Assembly (NCBI GenBank): GCA_965262505.1
Contig: CBDHFM010000018.1
Span: 1,173 to 65,172, forward strand
Direction: 5' to 3'
DNA: 64,000 bases
DNA from: Vicinamibacterales bacterium
GTDB lineage: Bacteria; Acidobacteriota; Vicinamibacteria; Vicinamibacterales; UBA2999
In this document: piece by piece, positions 1-9,810 of the stretch
How positions within the stretch are numbered: the stretch's first letter is position 1
Layout: each line of letters starts with the position of its first letter
Made by a program: the position numbers and the translations under genes
The notes under the pieces: generated by a model
What the model was told of the DNA's origin: nothing
The model's input: the letters and a program-made list of their open reading frames with translations, nothing else
The model's database searches: none

Positions 1-70
1 GTACTGATTGGCAATGAGAATACTTGACTCGTGGTCTCGAACACAAGAGGACAGGCGGGCGCCCGGGACG

Positions 71-292
71 CTAGCGCTCGAAGAGCCGCCGGGCCACGCC
101 GGACTGGCGGATGATGCTGGACAGCGTGCCAAGCATGAGTGCGGCATGGTCCGGGACCGGAACGGTCGTCGTGGTGCTGCCGGATCGCTGCTGCAGGACG
201 ATGTGACTGCCACGCTGTCGAACGACTGAGAATCCCTGGCCTTCGAGAATTTGGCACACCTCGCGCCCAGAAAGGACGCGCAGTTTACCCAA
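71..292 (-). CDS. hicA: HicA-family toxin (mRNA interferase)
   Basis: LGKLRVLSGREVCQILEGQGFSVVRQRGSHIVL...VPDH...GTLSSI matches the HicA pattern. TTG start at 292 overlaps the end of hicB. Confidence 0.85.
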   Translation of the reverse strand: MGKLRVLSGREVCQILEGQGFSVVRQRGSHIVLQQRSGSTTTTVPVPDHAALMLGTLSSIIRQSGVARRLFER

Positions 293-512
293 CCGCGACC
301 TCGACGCGCGTGACGAACACTTCGCTGTGCAACCGTCGGGCAACCTCGGTCGGATCGGCGGACTCGAAGAACAGTTCTAACGCCTCAATGAGGCTGGTCC
401 TCGCGGTCTCGACCGTCTGGCCTTGGCTGGCAATATCGAGTTCTGGGCAGAGGGCGACGTACATGTCGCCCTCACGTTCAATGATGGCGGTCACCTGGCG
501 CGTGGATTCCAT
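285..512 (-). CDS. hicB: HicB-family antitoxin (short form)
   Basis: VTAIIEREGDMYVALCPELDIASQGQTVETARTSLIEALELFF is the HicB RNase H-like core; adjacent to hicA. Confidence 0.85.
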   Translation of the reverse strand: MESTRQVTAIIEREGDMYVALCPELDIASQGQTVETARTSLIEALELFFESADPTEVARRLHSEVFVTRVEVAVG

Positions 513-623
513 GGCGCAATGATAGCAGCCAGCGGGCGCTCGTCATCCCCGAGAGTTTCACGTATCATGCAGCGATTTTGTTGACATGGTGGCACTGAGA
601 ACATTGGTCCTCCTTCTGGAGCG

Positions 624-1619
624 ATGAGCGACCCTTCTCGACCCGTCAGCGGGTTCGTTCCCCTCGGTGACGTAGCCGGGGCGGTCGAACTGCCCGGCGG
701 TCGCGTCCTGACACGCCGCGCCGCCGCGGGCCAGGCGCGGCACCACTTCACCCAGCTCGACCAGGTGACGCAGCTCATCGGCGCGAGCGAGACCGACGCC
801 GATCTCGGCTTCATGGCGCGGTTGCTCGCGCTGTGTAGTCTGCCACGCACCAATCCCGGCGACCGGCTTCAGTATGTCCGGTGCAACGGGCCGTACACAC
901 TCACCATGACCGCTTCGACCGAGGGCGTGAAGTTACCCTACGGCAATATCCCTCGCCTGCTCCTGGCGTGGGTCTGCACCGAAGCGGTGCGGACGCAGCA
1001 GCGCGAGCTGGTCCTCGGCCGGTCGTTGTATGAGTTCATGGGGAAGCTCGGGATGGAGGATCACAGCGGCGGCAGACACGGCGAGCGGGCACGGCTGCGG
1101 AACCAGATGCGGCGGCTCTTTCGGTGCACGGTGGCGTTGGTCTATGAGGACGCGGGACGGGAAACGAGCGTGATTTCACCTATCGCCGATCGCACCGATT
1201 TTTGGTGGGATGAGCGCCGGCCGGACGCACCCTCGTTGTGGGACAGCAAGATCGAACTCGGGGAGAAGTTTTTTCAGGAGATCATCACACACCCGATCCC
1301 GATCGATCTGCACACGCTCAAGGCGCTTAAACGGTCGCCTCTTGGTCTTGATTTGTATCTCTGGCTCACCTACCGGACGTTCACACTCAAGGCTCCGCTG
1401 CGCCTTTCGTGGCGACAGGTGTACCGACAGTTCGGCCGACACCCATCCAAGGCGAACGATTGGCGCACCGTGGGTAACTTCCGTACGAAGTGTCTCCGCG
1501 AGTTCAAGAAAATCAAGCTGGCGTGGCCGGACCTGCACTACTCGACGGCCAAGGGCGCGTTGATTCTTTCGCCCTCGCCGCCGCGCATCGCGCCGTCGCA
1601 ACTACGCCTCGTCGAATAG
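624..1619 (+). CDS. repA: Plasmid replication initiator, RepA_C / IncW-like family
   Basis: LCSLPRTNPG...LPYGNIPRLLLAW...SLYEFM...LRNQMRRLF...PIPIDL...LDLYLWLTYR are typical RepA_C motifs. Confidence 0.85.
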   Translation: MSDPSRPVSGFVPLGDVAGAVELPGGRVLTRRAAAGQARHHFTQLDQVTQLIGASETDADLGFMARLLALCSLPRTNPGDRLQYVRCNGPYTLTMTASTEGVKLPYGNIPRLLLAWVCTEAVRTQQRELVLGRSLYEFMGKLGMEDHSGGRHGERARLRNQMRRLFRCTVALVYEDAGRETSVISPIADRTDFWWDERRPDAPSLWDSKIELGEKFFQEIITHPIPIDLHTLKALKRSPLGLDLYLWLTYRTFTLKAPLRLSWRQVYRQFGRHPSKANDWRTVGNFRTKCLREFKKIKLAWPDLHYSTAKGALILSPSPPRIAPSQLRLVE

Positions 1620-1648
1620 CCGCCGCTCAGGGCTAAGGAGTTTTCCCG

Positions 1649-2080
1649 ATGCCTCTCTCGCTTAATACATACCTCACCTTTGACGGCAACTGTCGCGAAG
1701 CATTCGAGTTCTACCGCTCCATCTTCGGCGGCGAGTTCGATTCGATCGGGACGTTCGGGGAAGCGCCCCCAGCCATGCCGACGGTACCGGACGATGAGAA
1801 GGAGCGGATTATGCACGTGTCGTTGCCGATCGGATCGAGCATCCTCCTGGGGAGCGACTGCGCCACACAGTTCGCCCCGGCGCCGGCAGTGGGCAACAAC
1901 TTCTCGATCTCCATCACGGCGGAGACCCGCGAGCAGTGCGACGCGCTCTGCGCGAAGCTCTCCGATGGCGGCTCCGTGACGGTGCCGCTCAGCGAGACGT
2001 TCTGGGGCTCCTACTTCGGCATGTGCACCGACCGCTTTGGCATCAACTGGATGGTGAGCTGCCCGCTGTCCCGCGGCTGA
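1649..2080 (+). CDS. VOC family protein (PhnB-like)
   Basis: YLTFDGNCREAFEFY...IMHVSL...GNNFSISI...ETFWGSYFGMCTDRFGINWMV. Confidence 0.9.
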   Translation: MPLSLNTYLTFDGNCREAFEFYRSIFGGEFDSIGTFGEAPPAMPTVPDDEKERIMHVSLPIGSSILLGSDCATQFAPAPAVGNNFSISITAETREQCDALCAKLSDGGSVTVPLSETFWGSYFGMCTDRFGINWMVSCPLSRG

Positions 2081-2093
2081 GGGGCGTTGTATC

Positions 2094-2279
2094 GTGGACC
2101 CGGCCAGGGCAAACGATGCGCGCACCGTGGACAACTTCCGCACGGACTGTCTCCGCGAGCTGAACAAGATTCAGCGCGCGTGGCCGAACCTCAACTGTCG
2201 CACCGTCAAGGGCCGGCTCGTTGTCGCGCCGTCCCGTCCACGCATCGCGCCGGCACAGCTCCAGCTCAGGGAGGAATAG
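2094..2279 (+). pseudogene. Diverged duplicate of the repA 3' end
   Basis: ANDARTVDNFRTDCLRELNKIQRAWP...RPRIAPAQLQL aligns to RepA ANDWRTVGNFRTKCLREFKKIKLAWP...PPRIAPSQLRL, 657 bp upstream. Confidence 0.9.
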
Positions 2280-2291
2280 CGTTTAAGAACA

Positions 2292-2663
2292 ATGCCGCTG
2301 CTGACTCAGAACCGCGCCGGCGAAAACGCGAGAGAGCGGCGGCAACGAGCCGGCCGCCGCGCGCGGGGCGTGTATACCGTCTGCGGCGCCGCGAAGGACG
2401 ACCCGGCGCGGAACCTCTGCGCCACGTGTCGGCACCACGCGCGCGGGCGGACCGCACGGTATCGGCAGACCGGGCGCGAGGCCGAAGTCATCCGGCTGCG
2501 CGAGTCCCTAAGGGTGTGTATCTCGTGCGGTCAGCGCGAGGCGGCGCCGGGATCGGTGTACTGCAAGTCGCGCCGCGCGTGCCGGCGCTACACCTGGCGG
2601 AAGTACGCCAAGAAAGTTGAGAGAACGTCACAGCTCAGTCTCAGGGAACAGCCTCATGCTTGA
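2292..2663 (+). CDS. Hypothetical Cys/Arg-rich protein (several CxxC)
   Basis: CATC, CISC and YC...AC motifs; ORF only. Confidence 0.4.
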   Translation: MPLLTQNRAGENARERRQRAGRRARGVYTVCGAAKDDPARNLCATCRHHARGRTARYRQTGREAEVIRLRESLRVCISCGQREAAPGSVYCKSRRACRRYTWRKYAKKVERTSQLSLREQPHA

Positions 2664-2833
2664 CACACACGCGGCGTTCAGACGGTTGTAAGGCGGGGTC
2701 AGGGGCGTGTGTGCGGAGTGGAGGTTCGCCCTCGTCCTGATCGTGGTGGGCGTGTTCAGCGCGTTGTTCTTCGACCGTCTGTTCGAGCGCCTGGGCGGCC
2801 AGTAGCGCCGGCCGGTTCTAGCTGGTTGATTTA

Positions 2834-3130
2834 GTGGATTTCTGGCCTGTCTTGCTCTTCTGGCCGGCGGTGGCGCTGAGCGTGCTGGCGGCCTCGTTCG
2901 GACTGGCCCGCAGACGTCCAAGGCCGCTGCTGGTGGCTGCGGCCCTGGTCGGGCCGGCTTCGGCGTACCTCGCGTTGACACCGCGCTTCTTCGTGTGGGG
3001 GTTGTTTCCGGTCGGCGTGTATCTCGTGGCCGCGGTCGCGACCCGACGAAACCACATTAAGTTGGGCACGGCGCTGGTTGCCGCGAATACCACGTTCTTT
3101 GTGTTGCTGGCTGTCACGATATTTGGCTGA
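2834..3130 (+). CDS. Small integral membrane protein
   Basis: 98 aa with about 4 hydrophobic segments. Confidence 0.65.
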   Translation: MDFWPVLLFWPAVALSVLAASFGLARRRPRPLLVAAALVGPASAYLALTPRFFVWGLFPVGVYLVAAVATRRNHIKLGTALVAANTTFFVLLAVTIFG

Positions 3131-3297
3131 GTCCGGGTCGCGGAAGGGTTGCAGCGCAGTGGCTTGACGCGCCGGGATGCGACGTCTATCGGGCTCGAGG
3201 ATGCCCCGTAGGACGCGACCTCGGGCCTGGCACCCCCCTCTGGCCGTCCGGCGCCGGTAAATCGCGCCTGGGGGCCGCTCAGCGCCTCGACCGGGTG

Positions 3298-3468
3298 ATT
3301 TCCACAAAACCCTGTGATATGAGAGGTTTTTCCACGGGTAAACAGGAAGAGTTCACCCCTAAAAGTATCGGGTAAACGGGAAGAGTTCACTCCTAAAAGT
3401 ATCGGGTAAACGGGAAGAGCGTACAAGTAGTACTGATCAAGTAGTACGTACCTCCAAGTACGTACAGG
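3298..3468 (-). promoter_or_regulatory. Iteron origin-like module 1
   Basis: 34-bp repeat gggtaaac(g/a)ggaagagttcac(t/c)cctaaaagtatc at 3336, 3370 and 3404 (partial). Two TTTCCAC boxes 30 bp apart (3298-3306, 3328-3335). GTAC-rich block at 3420-3468. Confidence 0.75.
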
Positions 3469-3820
3469 CCGGTGGCCTGTTTATCGTTTGGTTCTTAAAG
3501 GGCTGAAAAAGGCTCGACCCGCCCGTCTGTTGGCGGGGTCAATGAGGGGACGAGCTGCGACCAGGCCTGATTTCCTCATAAAACAGCCGACCGGGTGTTC
3601 CCAGTACAGCAACAGCCATGAGTAATCTGAAGCAATTGGCCTCCCTTTTGGCGAGGCGTAACGCCATCGACGAAAAGATTGCGGCTCTGATCAACCATCC
3701 AGCCCTCAGAGGTCCTATCGGGGAGTGGATCGCCCAGGAAATATTTAAGGTGACGTCCTGCGCCCTAGGGTTTTCTTGGACACTTGATTGCGAGAGAGTT
3801 CTCGCAGGAGGAGTGTCGAG

Positions 3821-4180
3821 ATGAGGAAGCACGTTGAGGAATCGGTGGCGACCGGCGTGGCCGCCGGGCGCGGCCGTGGGGGTCGGTTCTCGGCCGGGCG
3901 CAAGCGTGAGGTAGTGCTGCGTCTGTTGCGCGGGGAGGACCTCGAGTCCGTGTCGCGGGCGGTGGGGATCACGGCGGCGCGGGCGGCGCACTGGCGGGCT
4001 CAGTTTCTGGCTGCGGGGCAGGCGGGCCGAAAGAGCCGCGCACCGGATGCTCGGGACGACGACCATCGTCGGCTGCAGGCCAAGATCGGCGAGCTGCTGA
4101 TGGAGACCGAGTTACTGTACGCGAAGGTGGACCAGCTGGAGGCCGGCGGCCCTTTGGCCCGGCGGAGGTCGACGCGATGA
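3821..4180 (+). CDS. IS transposase OrfA (HTH)
   Basis: RFSAGRKREVVLRLLRGEDLESVSR; RBS aggaggag; ATGA overlap with orfB. Confidence 0.85.
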   Translation: MRKHVEESVATGVAAGRGRGGRFSAGRKREVVLRLLRGEDLESVSRAVGITAARAAHWRAQFLAAGQAGRKSRAPDARDDDHRRLQAKIGELLMETELLYAKVDQLEAGGPLARRRSTR

Positions 4181-5070
4181 GTGGCGCCCAGTCGATCTCC
4201 ACCCGTCGGGCGTATGGCGTGCAGCGGGTCTGCCGCGTGTGGCACCGCGCCCGCTCCAGTGTGTATGCGCGGCGGCAGGCGACCCGGTCTCCTGCACGGT
4301 GTCGTCGCCGCGGGCCGATCGGCGCGGCCCCGGACGACGTCCTGGTGGCCCACCTTCGCCGGGTGCTCGAAGCCGCGCCGTTTCATGGCGAGGGCTACCG
4401 CACAGCCTGGGCGAAGCGGCGGGTCGCGGGGATGCGCACCTCGAAGGAGCGGGTGCGCCGGTTGATGCGCGAGCACGACCTCCAAGCCCCGCCGCGCGCG
4501 GGCCACGCGCATGGGCCGACGGCGCACGACGGGACCATCACCCCCGAGGCGCCCGACGTGATGTGGGGCACAGACATGACGGCCACCGTGACGGTCGCCG
4601 AGGGGGCGGCCTTCGTCTTCGTGGCCGTCGATCACTGCGCGACCGCATGCATCGGGCTCCATGCCGCCAAGCGCGGGACCCGCTTCGAGGCCCTGGAGCC
4701 GATCCGCCAGGGCCTCCGCGAACGCTTCGGGGGCATCGGCGACGGCGTGGCCCGTGGGCTGCGGCTGCGTCACGACCACGGGTCGAACGACTTGGCCGAC
4801 GATTTTCAACAGGCGGTCGCGTGCTTCGGCATCGAAAGCTCCCCGAGCTTCGTGCGGGAGCCCGAAGGCAACGGCGTCGCGGAGCGCTTCATCCGCACGC
4901 TGAAGGAGAATCTGTTGTGGGTGCGGAGCTTCGAGACGATCGAGGAGCTCCGCCTGGCCGTGCTCGAGTTCAAGCGGACGTACAACGAGCAGTGGATGCT
5001 GGAGAAGTACGACTACCGAAGCCCGGCCCAGGTGCGACGCGACCTCCTCGGGCTGGACGCGGCGGCGTAG
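4177..5070 (+). CDS. IS transposase OrfB (rve DDE)
   Basis: WGTDMT...VDH...HDHGS...GNGVAERFIRTLKE...YNEQ. Confidence 0.9.
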   Translation: MSGAQSISTRRAYGVQRVCRVWHRARSSVYARRQATRSPARCRRRGPIGAAPDDVLVAHLRRVLEAAPFHGEGYRTAWAKRRVAGMRTSKERVRRLMREHDLQAPPRAGHAHGPTAHDGTITPEAPDVMWGTDMTATVTVAEGAAFVFVAVDHCATACIGLHAAKRGTRFEALEPIRQGLRERFGGIGDGVARGLRLRHDHGSNDLADDFQQAVACFGIESSPSFVREPEGNGVAERFIRTLKENLLWVRSFETIEELRLAVLEFKRTYNEQWMLEKYDYRSPAQVRRDLLGLDAAA

Positions 5071-5953
5071 AAGCGAATACCGTCAAACCACTGTCCAAGA
5101 ACCCTGAGGCGGTACAGACGCTGGCAAAATCCGCGATTCAGAAGGGCTTCGACGGCCGGGTTACATACGGTCCGCTGGCCGGACAGACGGTGAATGTGAA
5201 GTGGTACGGCAAGCGCGAGGGGCTGCTCGACATCAATCCAGCCAGCGTCCCGGACAACTACCTCGTGCTGACCGGGCCGAAGGCGGAGGCGACGACCTCA
5301 AAAGGCCAGACCCGGCCGTTGGTGATCACAGAGGTGTTCCTGTTCGATGCGTCGCCGCTGGTGGATCGGTTCAAGGTGCAGAAACGCAGACTTGGCGTCG
5401 CCGCCTACGTGCGGCAACACGAGTGGGAGGAGGCGAGAGTCTATCCGAAGGCGGCGCTCGGCGCACGAATGACGCTAACCGATGCGCAGCGAGAGGCGTT
5501 GAAGCTGTTCGCTGAGCCGAAGCGAAGCAGCTCCCACCCACATCAAAACAGCCCCGGATAGCCTCCGCACGCCAAACGCATCCACGGCTGTGCCGTCCTT
5601 CGCTTGTCTGTTTACGATTAGTGAGAAATGGGCCTTGAGTTGGCCCCGCCCAGCGGTGCCATGGTAAGACGCCGCCGGGTGAGCGGTGGTCGGACCGTGT
5701 CCTCCACAGGGCGCCGGCCCCGGTGGACTGGCGTTACTGGTCGGCCGGTCTGGTGGCAAGGGTCGCGAGGGCGTTCAAGGACCTCCCCACACACGTGACG
5801 CCGACAGCATCGAGGACGCGATTCGAGCAGGACGCTGCCAGACCGTTGTACTCATCGAATACGTGGTCCACCGCGTCAGGGTTCACCCACACGGTTTCGC
5901 GCCGTGGTCCTCGGTCATTGCCATCAGTCGTCGCATCGTTTCGTCCCTCCCTT

Positions 5954-6643
5954 CTACTTCGGGAACTCCCCGAACTCTTCGTAAAACTCTTGGCGGAAAG
6001 CCTCTAGCTTCCCGTCCAGTTCTAGCCGGTCGCGGAACTCATCGAGGAACCGTTGACGCGCCGCCTTGCGTTGCTCCGGGTCCAGCAAGCTCCGGACGTC
6101 GGTACACTCAACCGGCACGTCGGCAAGCTGGCGCGTCACGTCGTCAATCTTGGCTGTCAGCGTCTCGCCGGCCTCCGCGAATTGCAGCCGGGCCACTCGA
6201 AACCGTTACTCAAACGAAACGGGGTCAACGCCGACCGGGCCTTGGTCTAACCAGGCCCCGCCGTCAAGGTATGCCCGCCGCGCAAATTCCAAGTCACTCA
6301 ATGTCGCGCAACCCCAGAAATCCGCCGCCTCAATCACTCCCTCCGGATTGTTGGCCGCGACGGCCGCGGCCCAGTCCCTGAGCATCAGTTGCCGCTTCTC
6401 CTCGCCGAGTTTCAGATGGGTCTGATAGACGCCCAGCAGGCGCCCCCACTCGGTCACCCATTCCCGCAAGCCGGGGCTGTTCTCCCACGCGGACGCAAGC
6501 TCGGCCGGCTCAGGGTTGGCCGATTCGGACGGCGCGTCAACAACCGCCGCGGGGTGCTCGGGGGACACGTCCTCCCCGACCCAACTCCCAATCAGCCAGA
6601 GAACGAACAGCACGCCGAGGATTCCGCCAATGACCTGTGCCAT
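5954..6643 (-). CDS. Hypothetical membrane-anchored protein(s): two in-frame ORFs separated by one TAA
   Basis: 6206-6643 (N-terminal TM segment) and 5954-6196 share a frame; TAA at 6206-6208. Confidence 0.5.
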
Positions 6644-6716
6644 GGTGCCCTCCTCTCAGCCAGTCTCAAACCCGCAGACGCGACACGCCCGACGACGGAA
6701 GTGGAAACGCTCACGG

Positions 6717-6938
6717 CTAGCGGTGAATGAGGCGGTCAATCTGATCCTGTGCGACCCATAAGATCGGCTCGCCTGATAGATCCGTGTCGAGTTCTAGGCG
6801 GTCACGGCGCGGGGTGTCAAAGATAAACAGCTCGGCGGTGGTCAGCCGGTCAATGGCGGGCTCGCGCGGTCCGACGTACCCTAGCGTGTCGATGAGGCGG
6901 TGCGCCTGGGCGCGGGTGAGTCGGGCGGTCGTGGTCAT
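6717..6938 (-). CDS. Hypothetical protein
   Basis: ORF preceded by the RBS-like gagggtg. Confidence 0.45.
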   Translation of the reverse strand: MTTTARLTRAQAHRLIDTLGYVGPREPAIDRLTTAELFIFDTPRRDRLELDTDLSGEPILWVAQDQIDRLIHR

Positions 6939-6987
6939 CGTTCACCCTCTAAGAGTTCCCAGGCGTAATCGAGGCAGTGATTATCTC

Positions 6988-7254
6988 TCAGTGCGTCGAC
7001 GGGAAATTGCTTGAGCTGCCATCGGGAAAGGGTAGACAGCCACCATCGGCGCGCAGCACGAAGGGCAACGAGAGCGCCACGGGCAGGAGAATGAACGGAG
7101 ACTCGTCTCGGACGGTGATGACATAGTGAATCCCGGCGGCGTACGTCGCCGGCAGGGCCGCGAGGACCGCGAGCGCCATGAGGAACGCGCGCCAGCGCGG
7201 GCGCGCCGGGTGGCGCACGCGGCACGCATACCAGAACAGCAGCAGCGCGGGCAC
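6988..7254 (-). CDS. Hypothetical small membrane protein
   Basis: Hydrophobic ORF only. Confidence 0.35.
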   Translation of the reverse strand: MPALLLFWYACRVRHPARPRWRAFLMALAVLAALPATYAAGIHYVITVRDESPFILLPVALSLPFVLRADGGCLPFPDGSSSNFPSTH

Positions 7255-7269
7255 GCCGACGACACGCCC

Positions 7270-8170
7270 TTAGAGGGGCGTGCGGTCGAGTCGTTCGATG
7301 TCCCATGCGTTGCGCCCGGCGTCGTACCCCCGGACGTACGCCGCTTCTTCGACACAGCGCCGGCCGTCGGCGCGGGTCATGTGGATCACCATCGCGATCC
7401 CGTCGACGACGCCCCGACAGGTGACGTCCCACGGGAGATCGCCGCCGCCCTGCATGGCGCAGCTCGCCACACGCGAGAGGGCACTCTCGGCGTTGTTGGC
7501 GTGAACGGTGGTGAGCGATCCGCCGTGGCCGGTGTTGAGGGCTTGCAAGAGATCGGCGGCCTCGCCGCCGCGCACTTCGCCGCCGACGATGTGATCGGGG
7601 CGATGGCGCAGCGCATGACGTACGAGATCGCGGATCGTGACAGCTCCCTCTTGGAGCCCGCGCGCCTCGAACCGGAGACAGTTCGGCGAGTCGATCCGCA
7701 GCTCTAGCGTGTCCTTGATGGTGACGATCCGCTCGTCGCCGGGGATGAGTGCGATGAGGGTATTGAGCAGCGTCGTCTTGCCGTTGCCGGTGCCGCCGCT
7801 CACCAGGATATTGCGGCGCGTGTGCAAGGTCCGCTCGGCCGCAAGGCGGATGTGTTCGGGGAGCGCGCCTTGTTCGACAAGCTGTGTCGCTGAATAGGCA
7901 CGCGTGCCGAAGCGCCGGACGGTGATCGCCACATGCGGGCTGGCCGGCGGGACGCAGATCGCCACGCGCGACCCGTCGTCCAGCCGGGCATCGAGAATCG
8001 GCGTGGTGGCCGCGTCTAGCGCCGGCGCGTCGATCTGCGTCAAGCGGCCGCGACCTTCCAGCCACACGTTCCCCGGCCCGTTGATCATGATCTCGCTCAC
8101 GTCCGGGTCTGCGAGCGCCGCCTCTCACCCCGGTAAAAGGGTTTCAGGAGGTCCAGCGCGTCGTGTCGGC
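7270..8170 (-). pseudogene. virB11: Degenerate VirB11/CpaF-type ATPase (second copy)
   Basis: Paralogue of 41352-42458. 5' frameshift; altered motifs GGTGNGKTT, TIKDTLEL and IVGGEVRG versus GSGKTT, IEDTLEL and IVVGEVRG in the intact copy. Confidence 0.8.
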
Positions 8171-8404
8171 TCATAGCCGTCCTGTCTGTTTGGCGGTCCA
8201 GTATGGGAGGTCGGCGGGCAGATAGTAGGGCTTCAAGTAGACGCGCCGGGGGGGGAGCGATTGCACGCCGTCGTACGGGAGACAGATCGCCTGACAGTTC
8301 CCGAGGAGAGCGAAGTCGCGCGGCTGAAAGAGCGCCTCGCGCCGTTCGTGAAAACTCTTACTCGCGCCGACGCTGCCGCGCCCGCCGCCGGCCTGGGCGG
8401 ACAT
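8171..8404 (-). pseudogene. C-terminal relic of a VirD4-like coupling protein
   Basis: GSVGASKSFHERREALFQPRDFALLGNCQAI...YLKP matches the C-terminus of 42458-45106. Confidence 0.85.
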
Positions 8405-8465
8405 GAGGTTGATGCTGCTCGATTTCGCTGATTCGTTGATCCAGTCATCTATTCAGAACCGTTCT

Positions 8466-8724
8466 CGTGACCCGTCCCGTGTCCCAAGATCGTGGTCACG
8501 CGGCTGGAACAGCATATTTGGTCACGAGTACCACATCGTGACCCGTCAGTGTTCCACCGAAACCCGTCATTCAGCCCCATGTTTAGCGCCGTCTCTCAAC
8601 AGCCCGTGACCCACCGTTGAGAGACGCCGTGACCAGAGCGACCCCCCCCAAAGTCCCTTTTTTGGTCACGCCGATGGAACATTGGCCCTGTCAATGTTCC
8701 ACGCCGCGAGGGGTCGCTCTGGTC
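8466..8724. promoter_or_regulatory. Repeat-rich site upstream of the recombinase
   Basis: Seven CGTGACC motifs in both orientations. Perfect inverted repeats at 8590-8600/8616-8626, 8631-8645/8710-8724 and 8675-8684/8692-8701 (7-bp spacer). Confidence 0.7.
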
Positions 8725-8832
8725 TGATTTATCCCTCCGGGAAGGGGGAGAAACCCCACGCGCCCGCGCCTCGTCCGGGGACGAGCGTCGCCGCCGAAAC
8801 CCCCGCCGCCATCCCGATCCATAATTCCACTT

Positions 8833-9795
8833 ATGGATCATCTGACGACTGCCCGATCGGAGCCCGAGCGAGGCTCGATCTCATCCCCGACGACGGCTGA
8901 GCTAGGCTCGACCGCCCGCCGCCTGGTCCTCGCCTCTGTCAGTCCGAACACCCGCGAGAGCTACAGCCGCGCCCGCCGCCAGTTCGACACCTGGCGCGGC
9001 CATCGGCCCCTGGACGACTCGACCCTTGCCGCCTACCTGGCCGCCCTCTACGACCTTGGCCTGAGCCCGAGCGTCGCCGCCTTGGCCGTCGCCGCCGTCC
9101 GGTTTCGCGCCCGCCTGTCCGACCACCCGGACCCGGCCGGGAAAGCGACCGGCCGCGTCCTCGCAGGCTTCCGGCGCACCGCCGCCGATCGCGGCCGAGG
9201 CCGCGCCGACGCCTTTACCGCCGACCACCTTTCGGCCGTCCTTGCCACGTGCCACCGTCCGCGAAAATCCCGGCGCGGCATCGAGGCTCCGCCCGCCGCC
9301 GCCCGACGCGGCCGCCTGGACGCCGTGATCGCGGGCTTGCTCTTTATGGCCGGGTTGCGCCGATCTGAAGTAGCGGCGCTGCGCTGGTCCGACGTGACCG
9401 ACGCCGACGCCCCAACCCCCGGTATCCTTGTCCGCGTCCGAACCTCAAAAACGAACCCGACCGGTGAGACAACCGATCTCCGGTACGTCAAGAACGGTGT
9501 GGCAGCCGCCCTCCGCTCGCTCCGGGCCGAGACGCAGCCCGAGACGAGCGATCGCGTGGTGCCGCTCACCCCGCGCTCCCTCGCACGGCGCTTTATCGCC
9601 GCCGCCGAGGCCGCAGGCATCGACCACCGCATCACGGCCCACTCCGGCCGCATCGGTCTCGCCTCCGAACTCACCCGCCGTGGCGCATCCACCACGGATG
9701 TGATGCTGGCCGGAAACTGGCGCACCGCCCGCATGGTCGCCCACTATTCGGCCGGAGCCACCGCCGAACATGGCGCGGTCGCCCGTTACCTTTAA
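8833..9795 (+). CDS. Tyrosine recombinase, Cre-like
   Basis: Catalytic residues in GLRRSE, SKT, HSGRIG, GNW and MVAHY. The C-terminus resembles Cre (HSARVG...AGGW...VMNY). Confidence 0.85.
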   Translation: MDHLTTARSEPERGSISSPTTAELGSTARRLVLASVSPNTRESYSRARRQFDTWRGHRPLDDSTLAAYLAALYDLGLSPSVAALAVAAVRFRARLSDHPDPAGKATGRVLAGFRRTAADRGRGRADAFTADHLSAVLATCHRPRKSRRGIEAPPAAARRGRLDAVIAGLLFMAGLRRSEVAALRWSDVTDADAPTPGILVRVRTSKTNPTGETTDLRYVKNGVAAALRSLRAETQPETSDRVVPLTPRSLARRFIAAAEAAGIDHRITAHSGRIGLASELTRRGASTTDVMLAGNWRTARMVAHYSAGATAEHGAVARYL

Positions 9796-9810
9796 CGGCT
9801 CGTCGCCCGC

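Larger units (their letters stand above)
3756..5116 (+). mobile_element. IS3/IS481-like insertion sequence, copy 1
   Basis: Imperfect inverted repeats TCCTGCGCCCTAGGGTTTTCTTGGACA and (reverse complement) TGTACCGCCTCAGGGTTCTTGGACA. 4-bp direct repeat GACG at 3752-3755 and 5117-5120. Confidence 0.9.
3618..5561 (+). pseudogene. Hypothetical nuclease-like gene interrupted by an IS
   Basis: Removing the IS (3756-5116) and one GACG copy restores the in-frame junction ...EIFKVT|LAKSAIQKGFDG..., about 192 aa. Confidence 0.85.

Noticed and set aside
4239-5116. 440-aa ORF 4239-5561 as a single gene
   Set aside because: The 5' part is an alternative frame of the IS; only 5121-5561 is real coding sequence.
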